Below are positions 26,764 through 36,602 of a stretch of DNA of 39,480 nucleotides, one piece after another (positions within the stretch are counted from its first letter, which is position 1; every line of letters starts with the position of its first letter). A model generated the notes under the pieces. The model had not been told where the DNA came from and ran no database searches. It saw only the letters and a list, made by a program, of their open reading frames with translations. The position numbers were made by a program, and so were the translations under genes. Where the stretch lies: NCBI GenBank assembly GCA_040509055.1, contig JBEVLT010000352.1, positions 1 to 39,480 of the forward strand, given 5' to 3'. Source of the stretch: Chitinophagaceae bacterium (GTDB taxonomy: Bacteria; Bacteroidota; Bacteroidia; Chitinophagales; Chitinophagaceae).

Positions 26764-27366
26764 ATGAGAAAGCTTCTTTTCATTGTAACAGTTTGTTTTT
26801 TGACGGCCAATGCCGCTGCCCAGAAAACAGCGCTGGAAAAAGCCGTGGATAGCAGTTGCAAATGCCTCAACGAAGTGAAGAGCAGGATAAAGAGCAGCAA
26901 AGACTTCGATGAACTTGCCCAGAATTGTATCCTCAAAGCATCGGCCATCCATTTTGAAGCCATCGCCAAAGAAGAAGGGATAGACTTTGAAAAGCTGGAT
27001 GACGAAACGGGTGAGAAAATTGGTGAAAAAATAGGAATGAAACTGGCGCTTAGCTGTCCTGCTTTCCTCGAATTGTTTATGCAATACGGTGATGTGGATG
27101 ATGAGGACGTCATAAAGGGAGAAGTGAAAGGTACGGTTACCTATGTGGAGGCGACCGATCATGTGTATGTGACAGTAAAGGACGCCGCGGGCAAGCTAAC
27201 CAAAGTGATCTGGCTGGACTATTTCGAAGGGGCTGATGAATATAAGGCCAATCCTTTGTTGCTGAAAGGAAAAGCGGTGACCATAAGCTGGGTGCAGGCA
27301 GAGATATACTCTGTAAAGCAAAAGGATTTTATTTCTATAAAGCGGATCAGCAAGCTGGCAAAGTAA
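26764..27366 (+). CDS. Secreted hypothetical protein
   Basis: Signal peptide MRKLLFIVTVCFLTANAAAQ and a strong downstream terminator. I recognise no family. Confidence 0.55.
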   Translation: MRKLLFIVTVCFLTANAAAQKTALEKAVDSSCKCLNEVKSRIKSSKDFDELAQNCILKASAIHFEAIAKEEGIDFEKLDDETGEKIGEKIGMKLALSCPAFLELFMQYGDVDDEDVIKGEVKGTVTYVEATDHVYVTVKDAAGKLTKVIWLDYFEGADEYKANPLLLKGKAVTISWVQAEIYSVKQKDFISIKRISKLAK

Positions 27367-27406
27367 CAGGATCGGCATACCGGCTCATACAACTACTTAC
27401 GGAAGA

Positions 27407-27445
27407 CCTTGTTTTTGTCGCAACAGAAACAGGGTTTTTTATTTT
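27407..27445 (+). terminator. Rho-independent terminator
   Basis: 12-bp stem CCTTGTTTTTGT / ACAGAAACAGGG (two G-U pairs), loop CGCA, then TTTTTTATTTT. Confidence 0.78.
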
Positions 27446-27636
27446 GTACACCGGGTTCTTTTGCCGGCCGGATCGGCCTGTTGCGGAAGAAAAGGTATTC
27501 CCGGAACGGTTTCGTCCCTGCCCGGAGCCGGTTAGTCCTTTTTTTATGGAGGCTAACGAAGTTCCCGGCAATTTTGGACATTCCTGTGATCCCGCCCTTC
27601 CCCTGGTGCCGGACTGCATAAAAAAGTTTGTAAGTT

Positions 27637-28752
27637 GTGGCTTCAATAACGTATCGCTATCCATCTTTGCCGCTGTCGTTTGCATACAAAAAATGGCTTA
27701 CCCGTTTTGCAGGCGGGTACCTGCTTTGGCTGGTGGCCATTGCACTTGGCCTTATTGCGCTCAAAGGCAATATGCAGGGATTTGGCTATGCGCGGTGGTG
27801 GTACGAGACGGGTTCGGTATACATCCTTTGGGGATTTCTGAATTACCTGGTCTTTTTCCCACTGGTGTGGTTCGTGATTCCCACCGGCCTGCAGAGCAAG
27901 CGGTACTGGCAGATGATCGTGCACACCTATGTGCTGATCCTGCTGGTAGGGTGTATTAAATACCTCGCTGTTTGCCTGCCGCGTTTTGAGTACGTACGGG
28001 TGAGCCACTACATCGATGGCGATGAAAACAAACCGGTCTTCTTCTCCTTTGGGCGCTACCTGGTAAAAACCATATTCACCGGCACCTTTGTCAGCGTACT
28101 GGCCTATGGCTGGGGCCTGGCCGCCAACTGGATCCGCGGTGAAAAGCAGCGAAAGGAACTGGAGAGTAAAAAGCGGGAGGCGGAACTGTCTTTCCTGCGC
28201 ATGCAGGTAAACCCGCATTTCCTGTTCAACTCGCTGAACAGTATTTATTCACTATCGCTGAAGAAGAGCGATGATACGCCGGCTGCGGTGCTCAAACTGA
28301 GCGAACTGATGCGGTACATGCTGTACGAAGGAGAAGACGAGCAGCACCGCGTGAGCCTGGTGAACGAGATCGGTTATCTCAAAAATTATATCGGCCTGCA
28401 GCAGATCCGGTTCCGGGACCGGCTGCTCGTGGAGTTCCTGGTAGAAGGGGAACCGGACGGCAAAAAGATTGCACCGCTGCTGCTGGTGCCGTTTATCGAA
28501 AACGGCTTCAAGCACGGTATTCTTTCCGATGCACAGCACCCTTTTACCATTCACCTGCTTATCGAAGGCGACCGGCTGATCCTGCACGTAAAGAACCGCA
28601 AAAACCTGGACAACAAAGACCATGCAGGCGGCGTAGGGCTGAGCAATGTGCGGAAGCGGCTGGAGCTGCTGTACCCGTCGCGTCACCAGCTTACCATCCG
28701 CGACAGCGATGAATTTTACGAATGCGATTTAGTTCTATTTTTGTCGCAGTGA
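27637..28752 (+). CDS. LytS/YehU-type sensor histidine kinase (membrane)
   Basis: N-terminal TM helices, His_kinase motif LRMQVNPHFLFNSLNSI, N-box LLLVPFIENGFKHG and G-box GGVGLSNVRKRL. The start is uncertain (GTG at 27637; the first in-frame ATG is ~45 codons in). Confidence 0.8.
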   Translation: MASITYRYPSLPLSFAYKKWLTRFAGGYLLWLVAIALGLIALKGNMQGFGYARWWYETGSVYILWGFLNYLVFFPLVWFVIPTGLQSKRYWQMIVHTYVLILLVGCIKYLAVCLPRFEYVRVSHYIDGDENKPVFFSFGRYLVKTIFTGTFVSVLAYGWGLAANWIRGEKQRKELESKKREAELSFLRMQVNPHFLFNSLNSIYSLSLKKSDDTPAAVLKLSELMRYMLYEGEDEQHRVSLVNEIGYLKNYIGLQQIRFRDRLLVEFLVEGEPDGKKIAPLLLVPFIENGFKHGILSDAQHPFTIHLLIEGDRLILHVKNRKNLDNKDHAGGVGLSNVRKRLELLYPSRHQLTIRDSDEFYECDLVLFLSQ

Positions 28753-28818
28753 GCCTGCCATAGCTTAACTTCCCGGAGCTTTCCCGCGGGTATTTTATTA
28801 CACCAGAACTGATTCCTG

Positions 28819-29526
28819 ATGCTGCGCTGTCTTGTTGTGGACGATGAGCCGCTGGCCATCGATGTGATTGCGGAATATATTCCGAAAGTGCCGTTCCTGC
28901 AGCTGGCCGGTACGTTTACCAGTCCCGTGGAAGCGCTGATGCAGCTGCAAAAAGAGAAGATCGACCTGATCTTCCTGGATATACAAATGCCGCAGCTGAC
29001 CGGCCTGCAGTTTATGAACCTGCTGCAGAGCCGCGCCCAGGTGATCATCATTTCCGCTTATAACGAGTATGCCATTCATGGTTATGAGCACGATATCACC
29101 GATTACCTGCTGAAGCCGGTTTCGTTCGAACGTTTTTACAAAGCCGTGGAGAAAGCGGCCCGGCTGGCCGATATACCGGTGAAAGAATCCCCGATTCCTG
29201 CCGCTACGGATTTTATTTTCGTGAAGACGGACAACCGCATGGTAAAAGTGAACCTGTCCGATATATTATATATCGAAGGACTGAAGAACTATATTTCCAT
29301 CGTGCTGTCAGACCGGCGCCGCATCATCACGCTGCAGAACATGAAGACCTTTGAAGACCTGCTGCCGGGCCAGCGGTTTTTCAGGGTGCAGAAATCGTAT
29401 ATCGTGAACCTGGAAAAGATCGATGCCATCGAGCGGCAGCGTATCTTTATCGGCGACCAGGTGATCCCGATCGGGGAAGCCTATGGCCCCCAGTTTTTTG
29501 CTGCCATCTACAGCCTGGGCAAATAA
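28819..29526 (+). CDS. LytR/AlgR-family response regulator (receiver + LytTR DNA-binding domain)
   Basis: Receiver pattern LVVDDEPLA...DLIFLDIQMP and LytTR pattern FFRVQKSYIVNLEKI. Confidence 0.88.
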   Translation: MLRCLVVDDEPLAIDVIAEYIPKVPFLQLAGTFTSPVEALMQLQKEKIDLIFLDIQMPQLTGLQFMNLLQSRAQVIIISAYNEYAIHGYEHDITDYLLKPVSFERFYKAVEKAARLADIPVKESPIPAATDFIFVKTDNRMVKVNLSDILYIEGLKNYISIVLSDRRRIITLQNMKTFEDLLPGQRFFRVQKSYIVNLEKIDAIERQRIFIGDQVIPIGEAYGPQFFAAIYSLGK

Positions 29527-29662
29527 CAGCCTGCCATTAAAAATTTTGTCAGTTCATTTAGCCGGTTCGTGTACTTGTTTGCCTGTTTGGTAACAATCCG
29601 GCTGCGATGAGCGGATGATGGATTATTTTTAAAACTATCACTAACTGCTAATTTTTCAAGCT

Positions 29663-31840
29663 ATGAGAAAACTCTACCTCTTTTTATCTCTTTTTTTCAC
29701 TACGTTTTTTGCTACCGCCCAATGGAACACCAACATTGCCGTAAACCTGGATGTCGCCGAAATGACGGTGGCCGATATGCAAACAGCCTTTACTTCGGAT
29801 GGTAAGACCTGGATTGCCTTTTACAACGCCGTAACCGGCGGCTACGTCATGCGGGCGCAGCTGCTCGATATCAACGGCAGGAAGCTGCTGGGGCCAAACG
29901 GCGTGGTGGTGAACAGCAAGCCCAGCGGCACCGCAACTTATGTATTCAACGTAGCCCTCGATGCGGCAGGTAACCTGATCATTGCCTCGCAGGACCAGCG
30001 GAACGGCAGCAGTAGCAACGTAGCCGTGGTACACAAAGTGGCGCAGGACGGCACCCTGCTCTGGGGCGCCGATGGCGTGGTACTGGGCACCGGCCTTTCT
30101 CCCTATGTAGCCGTACTTTCTACCGGCGAAACGGTAGCCGGCTGGAGCGAAAGCGCAAGCAATACGCTCAACCTGCAGAAGATAGCCATTGGCGGTAACC
30201 TGGGCTGGAGCAGCCCGGTACAGGTAAGGGTAGGGTCTACCCGCACTTCAAGGGGCCAGATCGTTGGCGGATCGGGCGGCACCTTCACCGTTGTTTTCCA
30301 GCGTGCAGGCGTGGGCATCTCTACTACTTTGTTTGCGCAGCGGTATGCCAATAACGGCACGGCCATGTGGTCGGCGCCGGTGCAGCTGAGCAACCAGACT
30401 TCTTCGGGCGCCCGTTATTATTCCATGATCGCTGAAAACGATACCACTTATTTCGGATACTATGTCAGCCAGGGCAGCCGCTTCAATTCCTTTGTGCAGC
30501 GCATCAACCCCGACGGCACGCTTCCGTATGGCCTGAACGGCGCTGCGTTCAGCACCAACCAGGCTCCCGCGGACGCCTACCAGCAAACGACCAATATGAT
30601 GCTGGTGCCCGGCTCGCCCTATGTGTGGTCGGTATGCTCCTACAGCAATACCCTGCAGTCGCAGTACGGGGTATATGTACAGAAGTTTTTAAAAAGTACC
30701 GGCGCCCGGCAACTGGGCAATACGGCAAAGGAAGTATACCCGATCAGCGCCAATATGGACCAGCAATCCGGGCAGCTGTCGGTTGTGAATGACAATCCCA
30801 TGTTTATGAGCTACGACAAGGATTACCGGATGTATGTAACGCGGCTCGATGCCATTGGCAATTTCATCTGGCCGGGCAACCGGGTAGAGATCAGCTCTAC
30901 CACCGCTGGCCTGGCCACCCCCAAAGGCCGTTTCGGCTTTATTCATAATATCCCCAATAACCTGACCGTTGCTACCTGGACTGAAACACGTGCCGGCGAA
31001 CTCCGTGCCTATGCGCAAAACATTGCCCCGTCGGGCCTGATCGGGCTGAAAGTTGCGACACTGGGCAGCGTGCCGGCTGCGATCACTACCAATGCCGGTA
31101 CGCTGGCGCTCACCTCTGTAATTACCCCGGCGTCTGCCAACCAGGCTGTCAACTGGTTCCTCATCCCGGTTACCGGCACCGCTACGATCAATGGTTCCGG
31201 AGTGGTGACGGCGCGGACCAATGGTACGGTATGGGCCAAAGCCGTGTCGGTGATCGACACTAAAATAAAAGACTCCATCCTCATTACCATCAGCAACCAG
31301 ACCATCGTAGCTACCGGGTTGAAGGTAAGCACGCTGAATGGTGTGGTACCGGAGATCCGCACCAGCACGGATAACCTGCAAATGGTCGCCACCATCACCC
31401 CGGCTAACGCCACTTTCAGGGATGTGACCTGGCATCTGACCCCGGTTACCGGCAAGGCCACGATCAGCGCGACCGGGCTGGTAGAGCCGCTGGACGACGG
31501 TACGGTATGGGCTACCGCCGTATCGGTGCAGTACCCGAACCTGAAGGATTCTATGCTGATCACCATCGGAGGACAGCGTGCCGATCATATCCTGAGCGGT
31601 ATCATCATTTACCCGGTGCCGACGCGCGATGTGGTACACCTGAAGCTGCTGAAAAATCACCTGCCCACGCTGATGTGGATCGTGGACGCAACAGGCCGCG
31701 TGGTGTATGAAGAAAAGCTGGCGGAAAATGCACTGCGCCAGGAAAAAACGATCAACCTGGCCGGGCTGGCTGCCGGTACTTATTTCATCCGCTTCCAGGC
31801 TGGCTGGATCTGGCATTCATTTAAGATCATGAAACTCTAA
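29663..31840 (+). CDS. T9SS-sorted surface/secreted protein: propeller-like repeat region, two tandem Big_2 Ig-like domains, T9SS C-terminal domain
   Basis: Signal peptide. Eight occurrences of a hhhQ+h..(D/N)G..(W) motif at ~55-aa spacing (aa 61-459). Two paralogous ~85-aa Big_2-like segments (nt ~31046-31305 and ~31319-31575). C-terminal IIIYPVPTRDVVHLKL...GTYFIRF sorting domain (nt ~31589-31837). Confidence 0.8.
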   Translation: MRKLYLFLSLFFTTFFATAQWNTNIAVNLDVAEMTVADMQTAFTSDGKTWIAFYNAVTGGYVMRAQLLDINGRKLLGPNGVVVNSKPSGTATYVFNVALDAAGNLIIASQDQRNGSSSNVAVVHKVAQDGTLLWGADGVVLGTGLSPYVAVLSTGETVAGWSESASNTLNLQKIAIGGNLGWSSPVQVRVGSTRTSRGQIVGGSGGTFTVVFQRAGVGISTTLFAQRYANNGTAMWSAPVQLSNQTSSGARYYSMIAENDTTYFGYYVSQGSRFNSFVQRINPDGTLPYGLNGAAFSTNQAPADAYQQTTNMMLVPGSPYVWSVCSYSNTLQSQYGVYVQKFLKSTGARQLGNTAKEVYPISANMDQQSGQLSVVNDNPMFMSYDKDYRMYVTRLDAIGNFIWPGNRVEISSTTAGLATPKGRFGFIHNIPNNLTVATWTETRAGELRAYAQNIAPSGLIGLKVATLGSVPAAITTNAGTLALTSVITPASANQAVNWFLIPVTGTATINGSGVVTARTNGTVWAKAVSVIDTKIKDSILITISNQTIVATGLKVSTLNGVVPEIRTSTDNLQMVATITPANATFRDVTWHLTPVTGKATISATGLVEPLDDGTVWATAVSVQYPNLKDSMLITIGGQRADHILSGIIIYPVPTRDVVHLKLLKNHLPTLMWIVDATGRVVYEEKLAENALRQEKTINLAGLAAGTYFIRFQAGWIWHSFKIMKL

Positions 31841-31869
31841 GCTTACAGGGTTATAAGGTTTATACGTAC

Positions 31870-31901
31870 AGCCGTCCCGGTTCCCGGGGCGGCTTTTTTT
31901 T
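31870..31901 (+). terminator. Rho-independent terminator after the T9SS cargo gene
   Basis: Stem GCCGTCCCGG / CCGGGGCGGC (10 bp including one G-U pair), loop TTC, then a T8 run. Confidence 0.8.
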
Positions 31902-31928
31902 GTACATTCACGCGCACAATTAGCCTGT

Positions 31929-32603
31929 ATGCAGAAGATGATTTTTTTCGTGGCTACACTCCTGTTGCTGAATAGCTGGCATTGCCGTTCGCAGGGCGAT
32001 ACACGAGCCTTCAGCTTTGAATCGCTGGGCTGGAAGATATCGGTGCCCTCTTACCTGAGGATAGAGGATTCGGCATTTATTTATACGAGAGAAAGACGGC
32101 TCAGGGCCATGCAGCGGCAAACCATTACCCCGCAGGAAGGCGTGGTGTACGACAGCCCTTCGCCTGCAAACGAAAACCGGCCCGTGTACCAGCCGCCTTC
32201 TGAACAGGTGAATCCTGAAAAAGTGCTGCTGCATATCAGCGATACAGGCTGGCAGGCGATGATAGGTACGTCGATGATCGCCTCGGTGACGCCGCTGGAT
32301 ACTTATGATACAAAGGACTGGTCGCAGCTGCTGAAGCAGGTGCGGCAGGAACTGGTGAGCGCCTATACGAAATCGTACTTACCCAAAGCCACTATCGATA
32401 GTGTTTATACCACGGAAACGATCGGCGGAAAGACATTTGATAAAACCTGGTTAAGGATTACCGGGGAGGTATATAATAACTATGTGATTGTTTATTCCCG
32501 GTCGATCGGCGGCTTCGCCTTTCATTGCGCTATTTACTACCGCGATACGGCACGGGGCGATTATTTCCAGGACATCTGGAAGCAATCGGTCTTTGCGCGG
32601 TAG
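31929..32603 (+). CDS. Secreted hypothetical protein
   Basis: Signal-like N-terminus MQKMIFFVATLLLLNSWHCRSQ. I recognise no family. Confidence 0.5.
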   Translation: MQKMIFFVATLLLLNSWHCRSQGDTRAFSFESLGWKISVPSYLRIEDSAFIYTRERRLRAMQRQTITPQEGVVYDSPSPANENRPVYQPPSEQVNPEKVLLHISDTGWQAMIGTSMIASVTPLDTYDTKDWSQLLKQVRQELVSAYTKSYLPKATIDSVYTTETIGGKTFDKTWLRITGEVYNNYVIVYSRSIGGFAFHCAIYYRDTARGDYFQDIWKQSVFAR

Positions 32604-32614
32604 TCCGGCGCAGC

Positions 32615-33535
32615 TTACCGCGTGGTCGTCAGCTCGTTTTTTATGATCATCGTGATGATCATACCGGTAGCGGACGGCCCTGCATCGGTCTTCATCTCCG
32701 CAGTACCGGCAATCTGTTGTTTACCGGCACAAGAAATGATCCACCCGGTTTTCTTATCGATCTCGATGTCAGTCAGCATGGTCCCGGTCAGGTCGTATTT
32801 TACGAACATCTTGTCCAATGGCATGTACTCATCCTTGTTCTCCGTGCGGATCAGCGAACTTCCTGCGATGCGGTAAGAAGAGTCCGTGACTGCTTTCAGT
32901 TCGTAGATCGTTTCCACTGCAGCCGGCAGACCGGATTCCAGCCTGCTGCGTACAGACCATTTGTTGCCCGGCGCCACCCTGGTATCCGGGAATAGGGCAG
33001 TTACCATTTCGATGCTTCCTTTCAGCGCCTGATCGCCATATGCTTTTGTAACCTGGTCCCTGAGCTGTTGTTTTTGCGCATCGGATACCCCCGCAAGCGA
33101 ATCGGCAATCCCTGCAATTAACGATTCGACCCCGCTGCTTGCTGTAATCCTGCCTTTTTTTGTCATCCGGATATCGAAAGGCTTGTTGATGATCATAGCC
33201 AGCAGGTTGGACATGGGATCGTTGTCCTTGTCCGAACTATACGATACGTTGCCATCCGGAAGCTTCATGTCTACCGCCAGGCGGGTATACCTCGCTTCCA
33301 TGAGGTATAGGGTATCGCGGATACCGGTTACGGTAAAGTTGATCGTACTGCTTACGTTCATGGACACATCCGTTTGCTGCCCGCTCACGGTCTGCCGGAT
33401 GGATACTTTCGAAGCGGAGCTATGGGTGTATGTCCCGTTCCTGGCAAGATTCAGGGCTATCAGTTCCTGGGCCCGGGCCGTGATCGCCATCATCAGTACC
33501 AGTGCAAAACCAGCGATTTTTTTTACCTGCATCAT
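32615..33535 (-). CDS. Secreted hypothetical protein
   Basis: Start placed at MMQVKKIAGFALVLMMAITARAQ (signal peptide). Beta-rich sequence. I recognise no family. Confidence 0.55.
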   Translation of the reverse strand: MMQVKKIAGFALVLMMAITARAQELIALNLARNGTYTHSSASKVSIRQTVSGQQTDVSMNVSSTINFTVTGIRDTLYLMEARYTRLAVDMKLPDGNVSYSSDKDNDPMSNLLAMIINKPFDIRMTKKGRITASSGVESLIAGIADSLAGVSDAQKQQLRDQVTKAYGDQALKGSIEMVTALFPDTRVAPGNKWSVRSRLESGLPAAVETIYELKAVTDSSYRIAGSSLIRTENKDEYMPLDKMFVKYDLTGTMLTDIEIDKKTGWIISCAGKQQIAGTAEMKTDAGPSATGMIITMIIKNELTTTR

Positions 33536-33706
33536 TGTTTGAACAGGCGGCTTTGCCACCCCGGGTTAAAAATAGGAAGAATAACCGGTGGGGAAGAGCT
33601 GGCCAGGCCGGCAGGCGCAAAAAGTTAACCGGGATCGCGCGCATCCGATCCCTTTCTTCCTTATTTTGCGGCCCAAGTCATTTTGTTCACCTTGTAAAAA
33701 CTCCAT

Positions 33707-34180
33707 ATGGAATCCACCGAACAACACCTCTTCGAAGGACCTGAATACCAGCTTGTGCAAGCCAGCGGCGGTAAACGTTTTGCCAACTACCTTATTGACA
33801 CAGTTTTTTTTCTCGTTTTAATGTTCCTGTTTGGATTGTTGCTGGGGATGCTGAATCCGGAATCCGTTGATCCGATGACAGCAGACGACCCGGGATTTGG
33901 CCTGATAGATCTCCTATCCATTATATTGTATGTTGCTTATTTTTCCTTGCTTGAGATCATTTTTAAAGGAAAATCGCTGGGCAAACTGATCACCGGCACC
34001 CGGGCGGTCAGGGAAGACGGTTCTTATATCACGCCAAAGGAAGCTTTCCTTCGCGCGCTGAGCCGGCTGGTACCATTCGAGCCTTTTAGCGCACTGGGCT
34101 CTCCCTCTTACCCCTGGCATGACAAGTGGAGCCGTACCTATGTGATCGATGAGCGGCAATCCAACCACCCGGCAGCCTGA
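33707..34180 (+). CDS. RDD-family membrane protein
   Basis: KRFANYLIDTVFFLVLMFLFG... pattern (RDD domain), with 2-3 TM helices. Confidence 0.68.
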   Translation: MESTEQHLFEGPEYQLVQASGGKRFANYLIDTVFFLVLMFLFGLLLGMLNPESVDPMTADDPGFGLIDLLSIILYVAYFSLLEIIFKGKSLGKLITGTRAVREDGSYITPKEAFLRALSRLVPFEPFSALGSPSYPWHDKWSRTYVIDERQSNHPAA

Positions 34181-34199
34181 TCATAAAACTCTGTACAAC

Positions 34200-34616
34200 A
34201 TGATACGTTTGCTTGTATTTATTGCAGCCATGGCCATAGCGTCGGTTACGGTTGGTCAATCGGCCGGCTACAAAGATTCGATTGAAGTGGTAAAAGCAGG
34301 GCTGGGCGGACTGCGGTTTTACCAGCATGACAAACAATTGAAGATGTCGCAGCTGACGTCAACCGTACGCTCCAATCCACAGGCTTTTGCCGCCATTCAA
34401 AAGGCAAAGACCAATAATACACTGGCCTTTATCACCGGGTTTATCGGCGGTGCGCTGATCGGCTACGAGATAGGCAATGCCGTGGCCGGTAAAAAGGTGA
34501 ACGGTGCGGTGATCGGGGTAGGGGCCGGATTTATCGGCATCAGCATTCCTTTTGGTATCGGGGGTGTAAAGAATACCAAACGCGCCGTTTACCTGTACAA
34601 TGCGGCGTACCGGTAA
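34200..34616 (+). CDS. Hypothetical protein with a signal peptide and a Gly-zipper C-terminal membrane segment
   Basis: Start placed at MIRLLVFIAAMAIASVTVGQ (ATG 34200). C-terminal segment FITGFIGGALIGYEIGNAVAG...GVGAGFIGISIPFGIGG. Confidence 0.5.
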   Translation: MIRLLVFIAAMAIASVTVGQSAGYKDSIEVVKAGLGGLRFYQHDKQLKMSQLTSTVRSNPQAFAAIQKAKTNNTLAFITGFIGGALIGYEIGNAVAGKKVNGAVIGVGAGFIGISIPFGIGGVKNTKRAVYLYNAAYR

Positions 34617-34620
34617 GTGC

Positions 34621-34818
34621 TCAATTTACTTTTTCAAACAGGTATTTTCCTTTGATGTGCCGGTTCAGGTAAATTCCTTTGGCGTCCGAGGTTTTCAGGG
34701 CCCGGTATACCTCTTCCGGCACCTCTTTATAATCGTAGACCAGCCCTGATACAAACCTTACCCGGAGCGTAGCCGTAGTTGTATCGTAACTGATGCTGGC
34801 AATCACGGTCGATGGCAT
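34621..34818 (-). CDS. KTSC-domain protein
   Basis: 65 aa. Pattern I.SISYD....L.V.F.SG.VY.Y..VP..VY..L..S.SKG.Y.N..IKG.Y. Confidence 0.68.
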   Translation of the reverse strand: MPSTVIASISYDTTTATLRVRFVSGLVYDYKEVPEEVYRALKTSDAKGIYLNRHIKGKYLFEKVN

Positions 34819-34866
34819 ATCCCGGCATTTATAGGTAGCGCAGGAAACATAATGCCGGACCCGTGC

Positions 34867-36414
34867 CTACTGCATAACAGCCATGTTCACCTCGTTGCCC
34901 TTCCACCCGGTGAGGCGGTGGATGTAAAAATTAGAGACCGGTTTGCCGGACCGGTATACCGGTATGGTAGCCACCAGTTCTTGGTGGCGGTAGTAGTCGC
35001 CAAATAGTTTGCCCGTAACGGTATCTTCGATGGAAGCCACCACACAGTAAGCAGTGTCCATGTCGGCTGTACGCAGGCGTTTCGTGTTCAGCCAGGCGTA
35101 CTGGTGGAGCGATTGAACGGTGCCCAGCCCGATCACGGGGGCATCAGCGGGCCGTGCAAAATAATATTCCACGTGAGCTCCCCACCAGGTGGGGCAAACC
35201 ACCGGCGCATCTCCTGAAAGGCGGCCCTGCGCCACTTCTTTGCGGTAGAGTTCCGCAAACTGCTCGCCGGATTCTTCCCAGCCGTATTTGTCAAGCGTTA
35301 CATCACCTTTGCCCAGGTCCTTTCCACTCTTGTTGCCCATCGTGCCGGGATAGCAGGCAATGGCCAGCGGCCATGCCGCCAGTACCAGCAGGAACACGGC
35401 GGTACTCCATTTCAGCCAGCCGGGGAAAAATGTTTTGGTACTGGTTTGCGCCAGGTGTACGGCCGCCAGCGGCAGCAGGGTGATGTAGGCCGGCCCGCTC
35501 CAGTGAAACCAGATATCACGGAAACAGGAAATCACGATGAGCAGCAACGCCAGCGGCAGGGCGATAAAATTATAGGCCACCAGCGCCGGGTGCAGCGGTC
35601 TCCTTTTTCGTGAAAAAAAGAAGGCTGCCAGCACCAGGATAAAATTGACCGGGTTGCTGATCACCACCTGCTGCAGCAGCTCCAGCCAGAAGCCGTCTTT
35701 GCCGGTATCGGTCTGGTTGATATCCACGCGGGCGCTGTGGAATTTCCAGGTCATAAAATCATACTCCAGGTTCCAGAAAAAGATAGGGCTGCTGATCAGC
35801 AGCGACAGGAGCAATGCGGCGTATAGCTGTGGCCGCCTGAGCCACTCTCTTTTTTTGAAAAGAATAAACAGTCCCAGCCCGGACCAGAGAAAAACCCCGT
35901 GCACCTTGCTCATGATACAGAGACCGGCAGCGGCGCCCACCAGCAACCAGGTCATCCAGTTACGGTCGTTCTGTAGCAGCCGGGCGATCTGCCACAGGCA
36001 AAAGGTCCAGAAAAAAACCTGCGGCGAATCAGGCATGACCAGCACGCCGGCGATCAGCCCGGCATACAGGGAGGCATTGAACAGGCAGGCCGCAAACCAG
36101 CCGGCCCTCTCATCGTGAATCAGCGATACGGCCCGGTACAGGAACCAGGTGGAAAAAGCGCAGCCGATCATGCTGCCGGCGCGTACCATCACTTCATACT
36201 GGTCCAGCCAGCCGTTCAGCGTAAAAAAACGGATCCAGGCCGCTATCATGCCCGGGTGGTCGAAATAGTTCCATTGCAATTGCTGGCTGAACAGCCAGTA
36301 GTAGGTTTCGTCGTTGCCCAGCTCCATTACAGACGCGGTGATGCCGCGCAGGACAAGAAAGATGAGGATAAGGAAAATGACCTTACGCTGGTAGTTCGGA
36401 GGGGTTGATAGCAT
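34867..36414 (-). CDS. GT-C fold glycosyltransferase, family 39 / ArnT-like
   Basis: About 12 TM helices and a first-loop acidic motif GNDETYYW. Overall size and pattern match ArnT/PMT-type transferases. Confidence 0.78.
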   Translation of the reverse strand: MLSTPPNYQRKVIFLILIFLVLRGITASVMELGNDETYYWLFSQQLQWNYFDHPGMIAAWIRFFTLNGWLDQYEVMVRAGSMIGCAFSTWFLYRAVSLIHDERAGWFAACLFNASLYAGLIAGVLVMPDSPQVFFWTFCLWQIARLLQNDRNWMTWLLVGAAAGLCIMSKVHGVFLWSGLGLFILFKKREWLRRPQLYAALLLSLLISSPIFFWNLEYDFMTWKFHSARVDINQTDTGKDGFWLELLQQVVISNPVNFILVLAAFFFSRKRRPLHPALVAYNFIALPLALLLIVISCFRDIWFHWSGPAYITLLPLAAVHLAQTSTKTFFPGWLKWSTAVFLLVLAAWPLAIACYPGTMGNKSGKDLGKGDVTLDKYGWEESGEQFAELYRKEVAQGRLSGDAPVVCPTWWGAHVEYYFARPADAPVIGLGTVQSLHQYAWLNTKRLRTADMDTAYCVVASIEDTVTGKLFGDYYRHQELVATIPVYRSGKPVSNFYIHRLTGWKGNEVNMAVMQ

Positions 36415-36436
36415 CTGGGTTGCATTGCAAAAAATT

Positions 36437-36464
36437 AGCCAATGTTATTTGCAGCAAGCCAATG
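36437..36464. promoter_or_regulatory. Two AGCCAATG direct repeats 20 bp apart in the divergent GT39/PAP2 promoter
   Basis: AGCCAATGttaTTT (36437-) and AGCCAATGcgtTTT (36457-). The proximal copy abuts a near-consensus -7 element (TAATTTTTTG on the minus strand) of the GT39 gene. Confidence 0.3.
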
Positions 36465-36602
36465 CGTTTTTGAAATTGTACCGCGAAGATACAGGCCACT
36501 TTGCGCCGCGTTGCAGCATGAGGAAAATTTTCCTTGCCTGCCGGCCCGGGGCGTATTTATAACGACGACCGGTCCTTGCATGTTGTTTGCTCTATCCGGG
36601 GT

